Source of the DNA: a virus
Taxonomy: Duplodnaviria; Caudoviricetes
Strand: one strand, 5' to 3'
Length of the DNA stretch: 57,549 nt
Virus record (IMG/VR): IMGVR_UViG_3300043111_000061
Coordinates: 1-57,549 of that record
Numbering within the stretch: position 1 is the stretch's first letter; each line of letters begins with the position of its first letter. Below the pieces are notes generated by a model that saw only the letters and a program-made list of their open reading frames with translations, did not search any database and was not told where the DNA came from. This document shows, one piece after another, positions 40,132-48,250 of the stretch. A program made the translations under genes and the position numbers.

Positions 40132-40527
40132 TTAATTGATTCCTTTTTCTATCCGGTATTGGTTTAGATAAACATTAGCAGTATCTGTACTTGTAAAAAA
40201 TCCATCTACCATATCTTTATGTAGTTTGACATCTGTTTCGGATCTTTTGACTCTAGCGTATTCTCCCCAGCCAAGTGTTTTAAAATACTCTTGAACCTGT
40301 TTCATTAATTCTGGTACACCTTCATCTAATGGATAATAGTGGGTTAAATCTAATAAAGATGTAAAGGATGGTTTTATTAGATCCGATTTGCTTTGTATAA
40401 ATTTAAATATAGTGACTATATCTTCGGAAGATACTTTACCTAAAAACATCAGTATTCTATTATCTACTATATTTATAAAGACATGGTAGTTAGGTTTAGA
40501 TATTATCAGTTGTGTTAAATTATCCAT
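40132..40527 (-). CDS. Hypothetical protein, possibly STAS/SEC14-like small domain
   Basis: Start set at ATG 40527 (AAGGA RBS); NRI...G......F..L.DL..Y.P pattern is only suggestive. Confidence 0.55.
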   Translation of the reverse strand: MDNLTQLIISKPNYHVFINIVDNRILMFLGKVSSEDIVTIFKFIQSKSDLIKPSFTSLLDLTHYYPLDEGVPELMKQVQEYFKTLGWGEYARVKRSETDVKLHKDMVDGFFTSTDTANVYLNQYRIEKGIN

Positions 40528-40537
40528 TATACTTCCT

Positions 40538-41035
40538 TTATAATTCAGAAACCATATTTTTACTAGCCTCAGCAAAGCCCGATTTATTGTATACTGCAAT
40601 AGCCCTATTGTTGTTACTCAGTACAGTCAACCACATATGCTTATAACCACGCTCTTTATATTGTTTCTTAATAACTGGTAATATCTGTGTACCCAAACCC
40701 TTACCTCTAGATTGTTTTCTTATAAAGAAATTATTAAGACCACAAGTATCTTTACTAACAGCACTTATCTCTACAAATCCAATCGGTGTCTGATGATGTA
40801 CAATTAAGAAAAAGTTCAAGGCTTTATTTTTAAAGAATTCTTTTTCAAACAATTTCCTTAACTCAGCAATATTGTTTATGATCGGATTCAGTTCCGCATA
40901 GCGAGGAGAGTATATTGGTTGTTTTTTAAGAAGTTCTATCATTTCAGTTATAAAACTATTCCAAAATTCTAATATAACTTCAGCATGTTGGTCAAATGAA
41001 GTCTTACTATTGACTAATTGGGTATAAAGAGGCAT
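40538..41035 (-). CDS. GNAT family acetyltransferase
   Basis: FFIRKQSRGKGLGT (acetyl-CoA motif A), LTVLSNNNRAIAVYNKSGF (motif B). Confidence 0.9.
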   Translation of the reverse strand: MPLYTQLVNSKTSFDQHAEVILEFWNSFITEMIELLKKQPIYSPRYAELNPIINNIAELRKLFEKEFFKNKALNFFLIVHHQTPIGFVEISAVSKDTCGLNNFFIRKQSRGKGLGTQILPVIKKQYKERGYKHMWLTVLSNNNRAIAVYNKSGFAEASKNMVSEL

Positions 41036-41070
41036 CGATAGGTTCTCCTAAATAAGTTATTGTTATTATA

Positions 41071-41460
41071 TCATTCTTGAATGTTGTTTGGAGTATTCAG
41101 ATATATTAATAATATTACGATGCACCACATACCAAAGCCTGTACTAATCCAATAAATAACTTCATTCATAGGATTTATTTGTATTGTCTTAATATTTATT
41201 ATCGATAATACAATATTGGATATCCCTCCAACTAATAAAAATGCCCAAAACCCTTTGAGATGTGTACTATCTTTTTCTTTATGATAACATATAGGAATTA
41301 TATTTATCAAGTATATGGTCATGTTGATAACTGATATAGATTTGAAAAAGGTTTCTGTATAGATACCTTTTATAGATAAAGTAAATATCAGTATGTTGAA
41401 ACTAAAAATAGCCAGACCAAGTTGATATATATAGTTACGTGTATAATCCATGTAAATCAA
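41071..41460 (-). CDS. Four-TM membrane protein
   Basis: Four hydrophobic segments in about 129 aa. Confidence 0.65.
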   Translation of the reverse strand: MIYMDYTRNYIYQLGLAIFSFNILIFTLSIKGIYTETFFKSISVINMTIYLINIIPICYHKEKDSTHLKGFWAFLLVGGISNIVLSIINIKTIQINPMNEVIYWISTGFGMWCIVILLIYLNTPNNIQE

Positions 41461-41476
41461 ATCCTTTCATAAAAAA

Positions 41477-41511
41477 TATACATAGGTTAGGAGAGACCTA
41501 ACCTATGTATA
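41477..41511 (-). terminator. Hairpin terminator
   Basis: TATACATAGGTTAGG-AGAGA-CCTAACCTATGTATA, then TTTTTT on minus. Confidence 0.75.
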
Positions 41512-41524
41512 GTAGTTGTGTGGT

Positions 41525-41716
41525 TTATTTACCAAATTTTTCTTCTGCTTCTTTAAGATAATCCTCGGGTGTTTTAGAGAATTTATCTACAAGCTCATCC
41601 CAATCAGCAGAAGTTATTTCCTTTTTCTGAGAAGAGGAAATAAAGTTTCTGACTACAGGAATACCAACTCTTTCAACCACATTGACAATCGCTAATACTT
41701 CTGATACTGATGCCAT
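41525..41716 (-). CDS. Small protein (63 aa) coupled to lipoprotein gene
   Basis: GAGGAG RBS at the end of the upstream gene; amphipathic N-terminus. Confidence 0.7.
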   Translation of the reverse strand: MASVSEVLAIVNVVERVGIPVVRNFISSSQKKEITSADWDELVDKFSKTPEDYLKEAEEKFGK

Positions 41717-41718
41717 TA

Positions 41719-42156
41719 CTATTTCTCCTCTTCTGGTATTTTGATTTTTGGAATTTCTGCATCTTTATACCCAACCGTTTCCATTAGAGAAACGATATCT
41801 CTATAATTCTCAACTACAGTAAACATAGCGGCAGTCACTCTAGCTCGAGCTGGGTCTGCCTCTTCATTGTTTTCCAATGCTCGTTTATAATCTGCCATAA
41901 TGATAGATAACGATGCTCCTGCTGCTGATAACTTAATGGCTTTAGCTGAAATACTATTCCACTGTTCTTCTGTTATCTCCCCCTTTACCTTTTTCTCTGC
42001 GGCAAGTGTAAGTATTTCATCGTATGCTGTTGCCACACTACTAATTGTAGAATATACGTTCTTTTCAAACGCATCTTCCTGACATGCCTGAAGTGGTATA
42101 AATATAGCCAATACAAACATAAACAATAGTACTTTAAAGCCAATTGCCTTTCTCAT
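41719..42156 (-). CDS. Predicted lipoprotein
   Basis: MRK + hydrophobic stretch + lipobox-like LQA-C; helical mature part. Confidence 0.75.
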   Translation of the reverse strand: MRKAIGFKVLLFMFVLAIFIPLQACQEDAFEKNVYSTISSVATAYDEILTLAAEKKVKGEITEEQWNSISAKAIKLSAAGASLSIIMADYKRALENNEEADPARARVTAAMFTVVENYRDIVSLMETVGYKDAEIPKIKIPEEEK

Positions 42157-42174
42157 ATTCTTTCTCCTCTATTA

Positions 42175-43086
42175 TTAAAGATATTCAATAAATGGTAATT
42201 CAGTTACTTTGTTCGCTATAAACGCTGACGCTCCCGGATGGCCATTTCCTCCATATTTTCTGGCTATTTCAGAAACATCTATTTTGTCCTTATATTTAGG
42301 AGCAACTCTTATACTTACTTTCCAACAACTCATTTTGTTGTTACTATTATAGTACTTATAATACATTAATAAAATTTCCGGATCATATTTATCCAATACA
42401 CTATCAAAGAAATAACTATCTACTCCTTGTATGTTTGCTATAACGGCTTTCCTACCATCTAGCATGATGTCCTGACAAAGGAATGAGGCTTTTCTTCTAT
42501 ATTCTTCTGTCTGCTTATCTAAGGACAATATGCCTTGTACTATTATATTAGACAAATATTGTTCTTCATTAAATAGCCTATCCCAGATATTTCTGGCTAG
42601 ACTTTTCATAGGCATAAGATCTAATTCGTGTAAGCCCATGGAACACGCTCTGATGTTAGGTAACTTATCGTGTTCCCAAATATCATAATACCCAACCAAA
42701 TCCACTATCCTTGGTGGGACTTTATCAGGGAAATAATATTCCCAAGTTAACTGGCAAGCAGCCTTATCGTCTCGTCTAAGTCCTTTAATATTAGGGTACT
42801 TAGCTTCTAGTTTATCGATAGCATCTTTATGATGATCGATTATAGTTAAATCATAGTCCTCAGTTAATCGTTTTATATCTTCGTCTCTTTCAGGTATAAA
42901 ATCAACAAATATAACTTTGTCTCCTTTATTGAACCTATCGTACTTTATTTGCCATCTGTAATTAATGGGAAATAAATAAACTTCTTCATTTATTTCTCCA
43001 TCGTTCTTTAACTGTTGGAAATATCTATAAACAATATATCCACTACAGAACCCATCCATATCGTTGTGAAACATACATACTACCAT
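42175..43086 (-). CDS. DHH/DHHA1 phosphoesterase
   Basis: FHNDMDG, FVDF, IIDHH, YDIW, VSIR, YGGNGHPGASAF. Confidence 0.9.
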   Translation of the reverse strand: MVVCMFHNDMDGFCSGYIVYRYFQQLKNDGEINEEVYLFPINYRWQIKYDRFNKGDKVIFVDFIPERDEDIKRLTEDYDLTIIDHHKDAIDKLEAKYPNIKGLRRDDKAACQLTWEYYFPDKVPPRIVDLVGYYDIWEHDKLPNIRACSMGLHELDLMPMKSLARNIWDRLFNEEQYLSNIIVQGILSLDKQTEEYRRKASFLCQDIMLDGRKAVIANIQGVDSYFFDSVLDKYDPEILLMYYKYYNSNNKMSCWKVSIRVAPKYKDKIDVSEIARKYGGNGHPGASAFIANKVTELPFIEYL

Positions 43087-43128
43087 AATAACTCCTTTTT
43101 AATATATTAGTAAACTCATTATCCTTTA

Positions 43129-43146
43129 AGTAATATATATTTAAAA
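43129..43146 (-). promoter_or_regulatory. Early promoter for DHH-lipoprotein operon
   Basis: AGTAATATATATTTAAAA on +. Confidence 0.75.
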
Positions 43147-43154
43147 GATGTTAG

Positions 43155-43408
43155 AAAAAAAATAAATTGGGGAGGGCCAGTCCCCCAGGTCCAAGGCCCT
43201 AAATATTACCTGTAAGAGTGGTGGAGCCGACCACTCTTACAGGCGCTCTTAACCGGCCCTCACGATATCTCCTCTCTCGTTTAAACGACACCGATATCTG
43301 GATCGGTACTTGGGAGCCTATCATAGAGAGCATATTCGCCGTTATAAGGCCGGCGAAACTTATATTCATATATAGAGATTTCTTCGATCCCTATATATAA
43401 AAGATCAA
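43155..43408 (-). ncRNA. Candidate structured non-coding RNA (~250 nt)
   Basis: GC-rich island with at least five stems, bracketed by an early promoter (43413-43420) and a hairpin+U-tract terminator (about 43155-43187); G-U pairs favour the minus strand; no long sense ORF. Confidence 0.65.
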
Positions 43409-43411
43409 TAT

Positions 43412-43445
43412 AGTAATATATATTTCATATTATTTGAAATACATA
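43412..43445 (-). promoter_or_regulatory. Early promoter driving the candidate ncRNA
   Basis: AGTAATATATATTTCATATTATTTGAAATACAT on +. Confidence 0.75.
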
Positions 43446-43451
43446 TCTTTT

Positions 43452-44501
43452 TTAAATAAACATTCCACTGTTATGAGATGTGTAGTTTGAATTATTTTTA
43501 AAATATTCTTTTGATTCTTTTCCTACAGAACTGTACTTTGCTATAGCCGATTCTAGCTTACTGACAAAGTTAGGAAAAACATCGAATCCAAGCAGACAAC
43601 AATATTCGTCTTTCTTATCTACCGGATGTGGGTTAATACCAAAGAACATAGATCTTGTTTCTACGTTGAGTCTTGATCCACTATCTGGAGTTATGTACAT
43701 AACTGCGTCGAATAAAGATTCAGTAAAGTTTTCTGATACTACTTCACCTGATAGTTGATCATAATCAACACTATCTTTGCAAACAAAGCATCCTGCCAAT
43801 TTAGCAGGAGAACCTATTGTTTTATCAGGTTTAAAGAAATTGATCTTATCATTCCGGTCAATCTCATCTGCTTTCATTGTTAACATAGACAATAAGTTAT
43901 TGAGCCTATGGCTAATGGTTATATCTACTTTAGGTCTTCCAGCACTATTATCAAACAACATAACTGGAAGATATATATGATTGGAATTTACCATATGCTC
44001 GAGAGACATCATGGTTTTGTAAGTATTGTTAGCATCTAATTCTGACATAGTATCAGCTATCGTTACTGCTATAACTACCTTCTTTCTTCTATGTAACTCT
44101 TTTATTATCATAGGTCCTATAAGCGATCCTGAACCACCGGATAGTGAGAACACAACGATATTGATATCTTTGGGTTCTATATAGTTAGCCTTGGTCGGAT
44201 CGAATAGCTCAGTAGATACAGCTTTGTTAATCGCATCTACATTCGTTGCCTTTACTTTACCAGACCCATCTCCATTAATTACATGAGTCACAATATTCAT
44301 TTTACTTATATCGTTATCTGCGGTATCTACAGCATGATAGCTTATAGGAAAGGTTTTCTGTTCTTTGAACTTAGAGACAGTATGTTTTCCACAGCCGCCA
44401 CATCCAATAATAGCTATAGATGCAGACGAATGTCTTTTTACTTCTACTTCTTTTTCTTTTACTTCTTCTCTTACTTCAGTAAATGTTGGTGTATCATTCA
44501 T
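43452..44501 (-). CDS. phuZ: PhuZ phage tubulin
   Basis: IIGCGGCG, VDTA, DGSGKVK..N, tubulin signature FSLSGGSGS, IDRND T7-like loop, C-terminal SGMFI tail. Confidence 0.9.
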   Translation of the reverse strand: MNDTPTFTEVREEVKEKEVEVKRHSSASIAIIGCGGCGKHTVSKFKEQKTFPISYHAVDTADNDISKMNIVTHVINGDGSGKVKATNVDAINKAVSTELFDPTKANYIEPKDINIVVFSLSGGSGSLIGPMIIKELHRRKKVVIAVTIADTMSELDANNTYKTMMSLEHMVNSNHIYLPVMLFDNSAGRPKVDITISHRLNNLLSMLTMKADEIDRNDKINFFKPDKTIGSPAKLAGCFVCKDSVDYDQLSGEVVSENFTESLFDAVMYITPDSGSRLNVETRSMFFGINPHPVDKKDEYCCLLGFDVFPNFVSKLESAIAKYSSVGKESKEYFKNNSNYTSHNSGMFI

Positions 44502-44517
44502 TACTCATATCTCCTTC

Positions 44518-44766
44518 TTATTTATTATTGAAAAAACTAACTTCTCTTATATAAACTCTAACTTCATTATCAAACATATGTTCGTTTACCTTATCTCCAG
44601 CACATAGTGTTCTTGTATAGTGCAATTTTTTAATCTCATTCTCATCTTTCAATAATTCGATTGGAACAAAGCCCATTGAACAAAAGTCATTTTCCTCTAT
44701 TACTTCATCCATATCTAATATACGATATTTCTTTTTCATGCCCACGATATTCATTTTGATTATCAT
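44518..44766 (-). CDS. Hypothetical early protein (~82 aa)
   Basis: Start set at ATG 44766, downstream of the promoter and GGAG RBS. Confidence 0.6.
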   Translation of the reverse strand: MIIKMNIVGMKKKYRILDMDEVIEENDFCSMGFVPIELLKDENEIKKLHYTRTLCAGDKVNEHMFDNEVRVYIREVSFFNNK

Positions 44767-44813
44767 AAAGCCTTTTCTCCTTATATTAAATTTATTATGG
44801 TTTACATCAATAT

Positions 44814-44831
44814 AGTAATATATATTTAAAA
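44814..44831 (-). promoter_or_regulatory. Early promoter upstream of phuZ operon
   Basis: AGTAATATATATTTAAAA on +. Confidence 0.75.
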
Positions 44832-44895
44832 TATTAATGGAGATATAGTATTTTATGATATAATGTAAATCAATCATAATGGGAGATATATAAAT

Positions 44896-45699
44896 ATGAA
44901 TAGTGCTATAAATCGGATACTCAAGGATATATATAATCAGATACCCATAGAGATATTAAAAGAAGCATTTATACCACAAACTGGCAATGCCTCTAAAGCT
45001 CTGGATGATTATATTATCGAAAAGGTAGTAGAAGGGAGAGTACTTGATGATTGTAATATAGGTGGAGGTAAAAGGAAATTAATAGAACTCAAGCCCGAAT
45101 ATTTGAAACCTTATAAATTTAACGATACCCGATTATTTATTACATCGAATTTATCAGAAGCTGGTGTATATGAAATACCTCCTGAGGTAAGAGATAACCG
45201 GAATATAACGGAAGTAATAGAACTTAAGTTCCCTAGTTATATGGATCCGGTAATGCCGTATAATGGAAGAACCGTTGGTGGTTTGGCTAAAGATTTACTA
45301 TATACTAATACATATAAAAATATGGAGTATTTGCCTAAACCCATATTGCTTGGCAATAACCTAGTAACTATAGATCCCCCTATGTCTATGCACATTACGG
45401 CTATGTTGGTATGTTTTTTAGAATACGATAAGTATTTTACTAATCTAAATAACTCAGCGATTAAACCATTGTGTAATTTATGTGTATGTGCAACTAAAGC
45501 ATATATCTATAATAAACTATACATACGTATGGCTAGATCTATAGATGGTAGTGGTGTAGAGATAGGTGCTTTTAAAGAAAAGGTCGATAGCTATTCTAGT
45601 GAAGAAGAAAGATATAATGAGCTATTACTTCAATTTAGAGGTGGAGCTACATTGGACTCACAGACTTTATCAGAAATAATAGGAATGAGTTTTTACTAA
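44896..45699 (+). CDS. Conserved phiKZ-like hypothetical protein (267 aa)
   Basis: IPIEILKEAF...RVLDDCNIGGG...ATKAYIYN...G.EIGAFKE.VDSY resembles, from memory, a core jumbo-phage protein found near phuZ. Confidence 0.6.
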   Translation: MNSAINRILKDIYNQIPIEILKEAFIPQTGNASKALDDYIIEKVVEGRVLDDCNIGGGKRKLIELKPEYLKPYKFNDTRLFITSNLSEAGVYEIPPEVRDNRNITEVIELKFPSYMDPVMPYNGRTVGGLAKDLLYTNTYKNMEYLPKPILLGNNLVTIDPPMSMHITAMLVCFLEYDKYFTNLNNSAIKPLCNLCVCATKAYIYNKLYIRMARSIDGSGVEIGAFKEKVDSYSSEEERYNELLLQFRGGATLDSQTLSEIIGMSFY

Positions 45700-45712
45700 G
45701 GAGGAAATACAA

Positions 45713-46180
45713 TTGGAAATTATTAAAGGTGACTTAATCGAAATGGCTAGCGAAGGAAAGATCTCCGGTGTCATAGTCCATGGGTGTAACTGTTTTAATA
45801 ATATGGGAGTCGGATTTGCTAGACAGATAAAAGATTACTTCTTTGAGGCTTATTTAGCTGATCAGAAAACCATTAAAGGTGATAAGAAAAAATTAGGAAG
45901 ATATAGTCATGTCAATACTTCTAGGAATGGATCCAAGTTAACTATAATCAATGCCTATACCCAATATCATTATGGCGGTGTCGTAAGAAACGCAGACTAT
46001 AAAGCTATAGGAGAAGTATTTAAATCTATAGCTAAAGATTTTCCTAATGAACATATTTATTATCCTTTAATAGGGGCAGGCCACGCCAGAGGAGATTGGT
46101 CTATTATATCGGAGATAATCAATAGAGAATTAGATGGTATGAAACATACGTGTGTTATATGGGATAAAGAAAAAAAATAA
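45713..46180 (+). CDS. Macrodomain (ADP-ribose binding/hydrolase) protein
   Basis: IIKGDLI, IVHGCNCFNNMGVGFA, INAYTQYHYG, YPLIGAGHARGDW; TTG start with AAGGAGG RBS. Confidence 0.9.
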   Translation: MEIIKGDLIEMASEGKISGVIVHGCNCFNNMGVGFARQIKDYFFEAYLADQKTIKGDKKKLGRYSHVNTSRNGSKLTIINAYTQYHYGGVVRNADYKAIGEVFKSIAKDFPNEHIYYPLIGAGHARGDWSIISEIINRELDGMKHTCVIWDKEKK

Positions 46181-46188
46181 TATTAGTA

Positions 46189-46212
46189 AGGATGGGGAAT
46201 ATTCCCCATCCT
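46189..46212. terminator. Bidirectional palindromic hairpin
   Basis: AGGATGGGGAATATTCCCCATCCT between convergent genes. Confidence 0.7.
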
Positions 46213-46219
46213 ACTTATT

Positions 46220-46636
46220 TTATCCGATGAGCTGTAGGGCCTTTTCTACAGCCTCTTTAAGCTCATCTTCATTTTTAATCCCTGTAGCAATTATCTTGCC
46301 ACAAGGTTTGATCTGGTCGACTTCGTCAATTGGGAAGTCGACCATTAGATTCCGGCACGATGCCGGTAATGCCCATGAGCCAGCGCATGTCGACTCATAG
46401 ACATTTTCATGATCCTTAGTCATGGAAAATGACGTATTCCATGACTTTCCATCTGCGTCAGCTACACCATATGACGTAGCGACGCAAACTCGATCGCGGA
46501 GCTCATTTACCGCGATCTTTTTTCCGATACTGACGGTCACACCGTCAGTATCGAAGAAGTTCCCACCGATCAAAACTACGTCAATGGGCTCGTCGGGATT
46601 AATTCCGACTTTTTCTTGAATTGAAAGGAGGCTCAT
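46220..46636 (-). CDS. Hypothetical protein (138 aa), high GC
   Basis: AAGGAGG RBS, TAATG overlap with the upstream gene; roughly 50% GC in sampled lines. Confidence 0.75.
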   Translation of the reverse strand: MSLLSIQEKVGINPDEPIDVVLIGGNFFDTDGVTVSIGKKIAVNELRDRVCVATSYGVADADGKSWNTSFSMTKDHENVYESTCAGSWALPASCRNLMVDFPIDEVDQIKPCGKIIATGIKNEDELKEAVEKALQLIG

Positions 46637-46845
46637 TACTTACCTCCTTTCATAATATTTGTTAGGATTGCCGCAGTAGCGATCGGTAATCCTAAAACAA
46701 CGCATGTTAATACACCAGCAAATCTTTTTGCTGGTGTATCATATTTCTCTTTCTTCTCCAAAATTACTGGAGAAGAAACGTTCAGACCTATGGCGATCCA
46801 TAGGCCCATAAAGATTATTAGTCCAGGATAAATCATTTGTTCCAT
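46636..46845 (-). CDS. Small two-TM membrane protein (69 aa)
   Basis: AAGGAG RBS; two hydrophobic helices. Confidence 0.75.
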   Translation of the reverse strand: MEQMIYPGLIIFMGLWIAIGLNVSSPVILEKKEKYDTPAKRFAGVLTCVVLGLPIATAAILTNIMKGGK

Positions 46846-46887
46846 TTTAAGACTCCTTTAATTAAATTAATGTTATTATACTACTTT

Positions 46888-46918
46888 AATTAATATACTT
46901 CAAATAAGATGAAATACA
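46888..46918 (-). promoter_or_regulatory. Variant early promoter
   Basis: AATTAATATACTTCAAATAAGATGAAATAC shares the upstream element with 56963-56994, but the core is degenerate. Confidence 0.5.
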
Positions 46919-46926
46919 GTAAGTCA

Positions 46927-46959
46927 TATAAGGATAGGGACTTAGTCCCTATCCTTATA
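46927..46959. terminator. Hairpin after terminase operon
   Basis: TATAAGGATAGGGAC-TTA-GTCCCTATCCTTATA. Confidence 0.7.
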
Positions 46960-46961
46960 CT

Positions 46962-48239
46962 TTATGGCTTACTTATATATCTAAATGTTTTAGTTATTAT
47001 GTACATAATGAATGCTAGTTTTAATGAACTATTAGTAGCTTGTCGTGTAGATATACGTTGGTTATCTATAAAGTAAGAAACGGACTCTTTTACAGCCGAT
47101 AAATCAGGGTCTGAAATTCTAGAAGAACTGTATATGTTTTTTATCTGATTTAAGATGTGAACATGACTTGTAAATTTAATATTCTTCTTAAAACAATATC
47201 GATATGATTTCTGAATGATATTACTTACCAATACCCTATATCCAACATATATAGTTTCTCCATTCTTAGTTATAATTTTATCTCTATCACCTGATTTGTT
47301 TTGTATAGATGCCATAGATGAAAACTTATTCAAAGTATGTACCAACAAGTCATTAGAAATATTCTTGAACAAAGAAGAAATCAACCTGACATACTTATCG
47401 TTGATAAATGCGTTGATATTGATAACTTCATTAAGCATACTATTTATCATGGCATCGTATTTAGATACCTTGTCTATAACTACTTTAACACCTTCTAATT
47501 CACCGACTGTACCATAACTTCCTATTATATCGCCACTCTCTTTAATATTTTTAAAATCAGAATAGAGATGGTTTATCTTATTCCTAATGGAAGTCTGACT
47601 ATTGGTTAATACATAAAGTACTTCTTCATCGTTTTTAAAAGTCCTTAATGACTTCGAGTGGATACTATCAGGACTTATAAGTTTCTCTACTTGAGCTTCT
47701 ATGAGTTTTTTCCAAGTACCATATCGTATTATATCTGACTTATTGTCAAGACTATCTATAGTAGCTTTCATGACTTCTTCATTAACGCCATGATAAAATC
47801 TTCTAAACAATAGTGAGGTAAAGAACTTATATATAAGTAATTTACCTATATTAAATAACATTTTGTATTGTTGTTGTTTAGATAGCTCTTTGCTATTGAA
47901 TGTCAAATACATAATCCATACACACAATAAGTTACAAGGATCTCCTTGTACGTTCCAATCTTCGGGGATGAGAGGACGACCATTTTCTAAAAGCACTTCT
48001 TTTTTAATAGCATTCTTTATATCCGATTCTTTCATATCGAATGTATCAAATATAGCCGCTCTATCCTTATCAGTAAATACTATTTTGTATACTCCTAATA
48101 GGGGCGTATTGAGTGCAAGACTATGGTCATTCCTTATTTCAAAATCAGTTACTATGGATTCTATTTCTCTAACGTGTCTAGTAGCTATAGTTCGTTTAAA
48201 ATGTTTGTTAAAATATTCGAACAACAAAGTAGTTCCCAT
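46962..48239 (-). CDS. Conserved phiKZ-like protein (425 aa)
   Basis: LNTPLLGVYKIVF, WNVQGDPCNL, YKFFTSL, KNIYSSSRISD, LAFIMYII recall a core jumbo-phage family; function unknown. Confidence 0.6.
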   Translation of the reverse strand: MGTTLLFEYFNKHFKRTIATRHVREIESIVTDFEIRNDHSLALNTPLLGVYKIVFTDKDRAAIFDTFDMKESDIKNAIKKEVLLENGRPLIPEDWNVQGDPCNLLCVWIMYLTFNSKELSKQQQYKMLFNIGKLLIYKFFTSLLFRRFYHGVNEEVMKATIDSLDNKSDIIRYGTWKKLIEAQVEKLISPDSIHSKSLRTFKNDEEVLYVLTNSQTSIRNKINHLYSDFKNIKESGDIIGSYGTVGELEGVKVVIDKVSKYDAMINSMLNEVININAFINDKYVRLISSLFKNISNDLLVHTLNKFSSMASIQNKSGDRDKIITKNGETIYVGYRVLVSNIIQKSYRYCFKKNIKFTSHVHILNQIKNIYSSSRISDPDLSAVKESVSYFIDNQRISTRQATNSSLKLAFIMYIITKTFRYISKP

Positions 48240-48250
48240 ATATTCTTCCT

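Noticed and set aside
43218-43400. 60-aa + strand ORF over the candidate ncRNA
   Set aside because: GTG start is inside a 14-bp stem, no convincing RBS, and it is antisense to the promoter/terminator pair.
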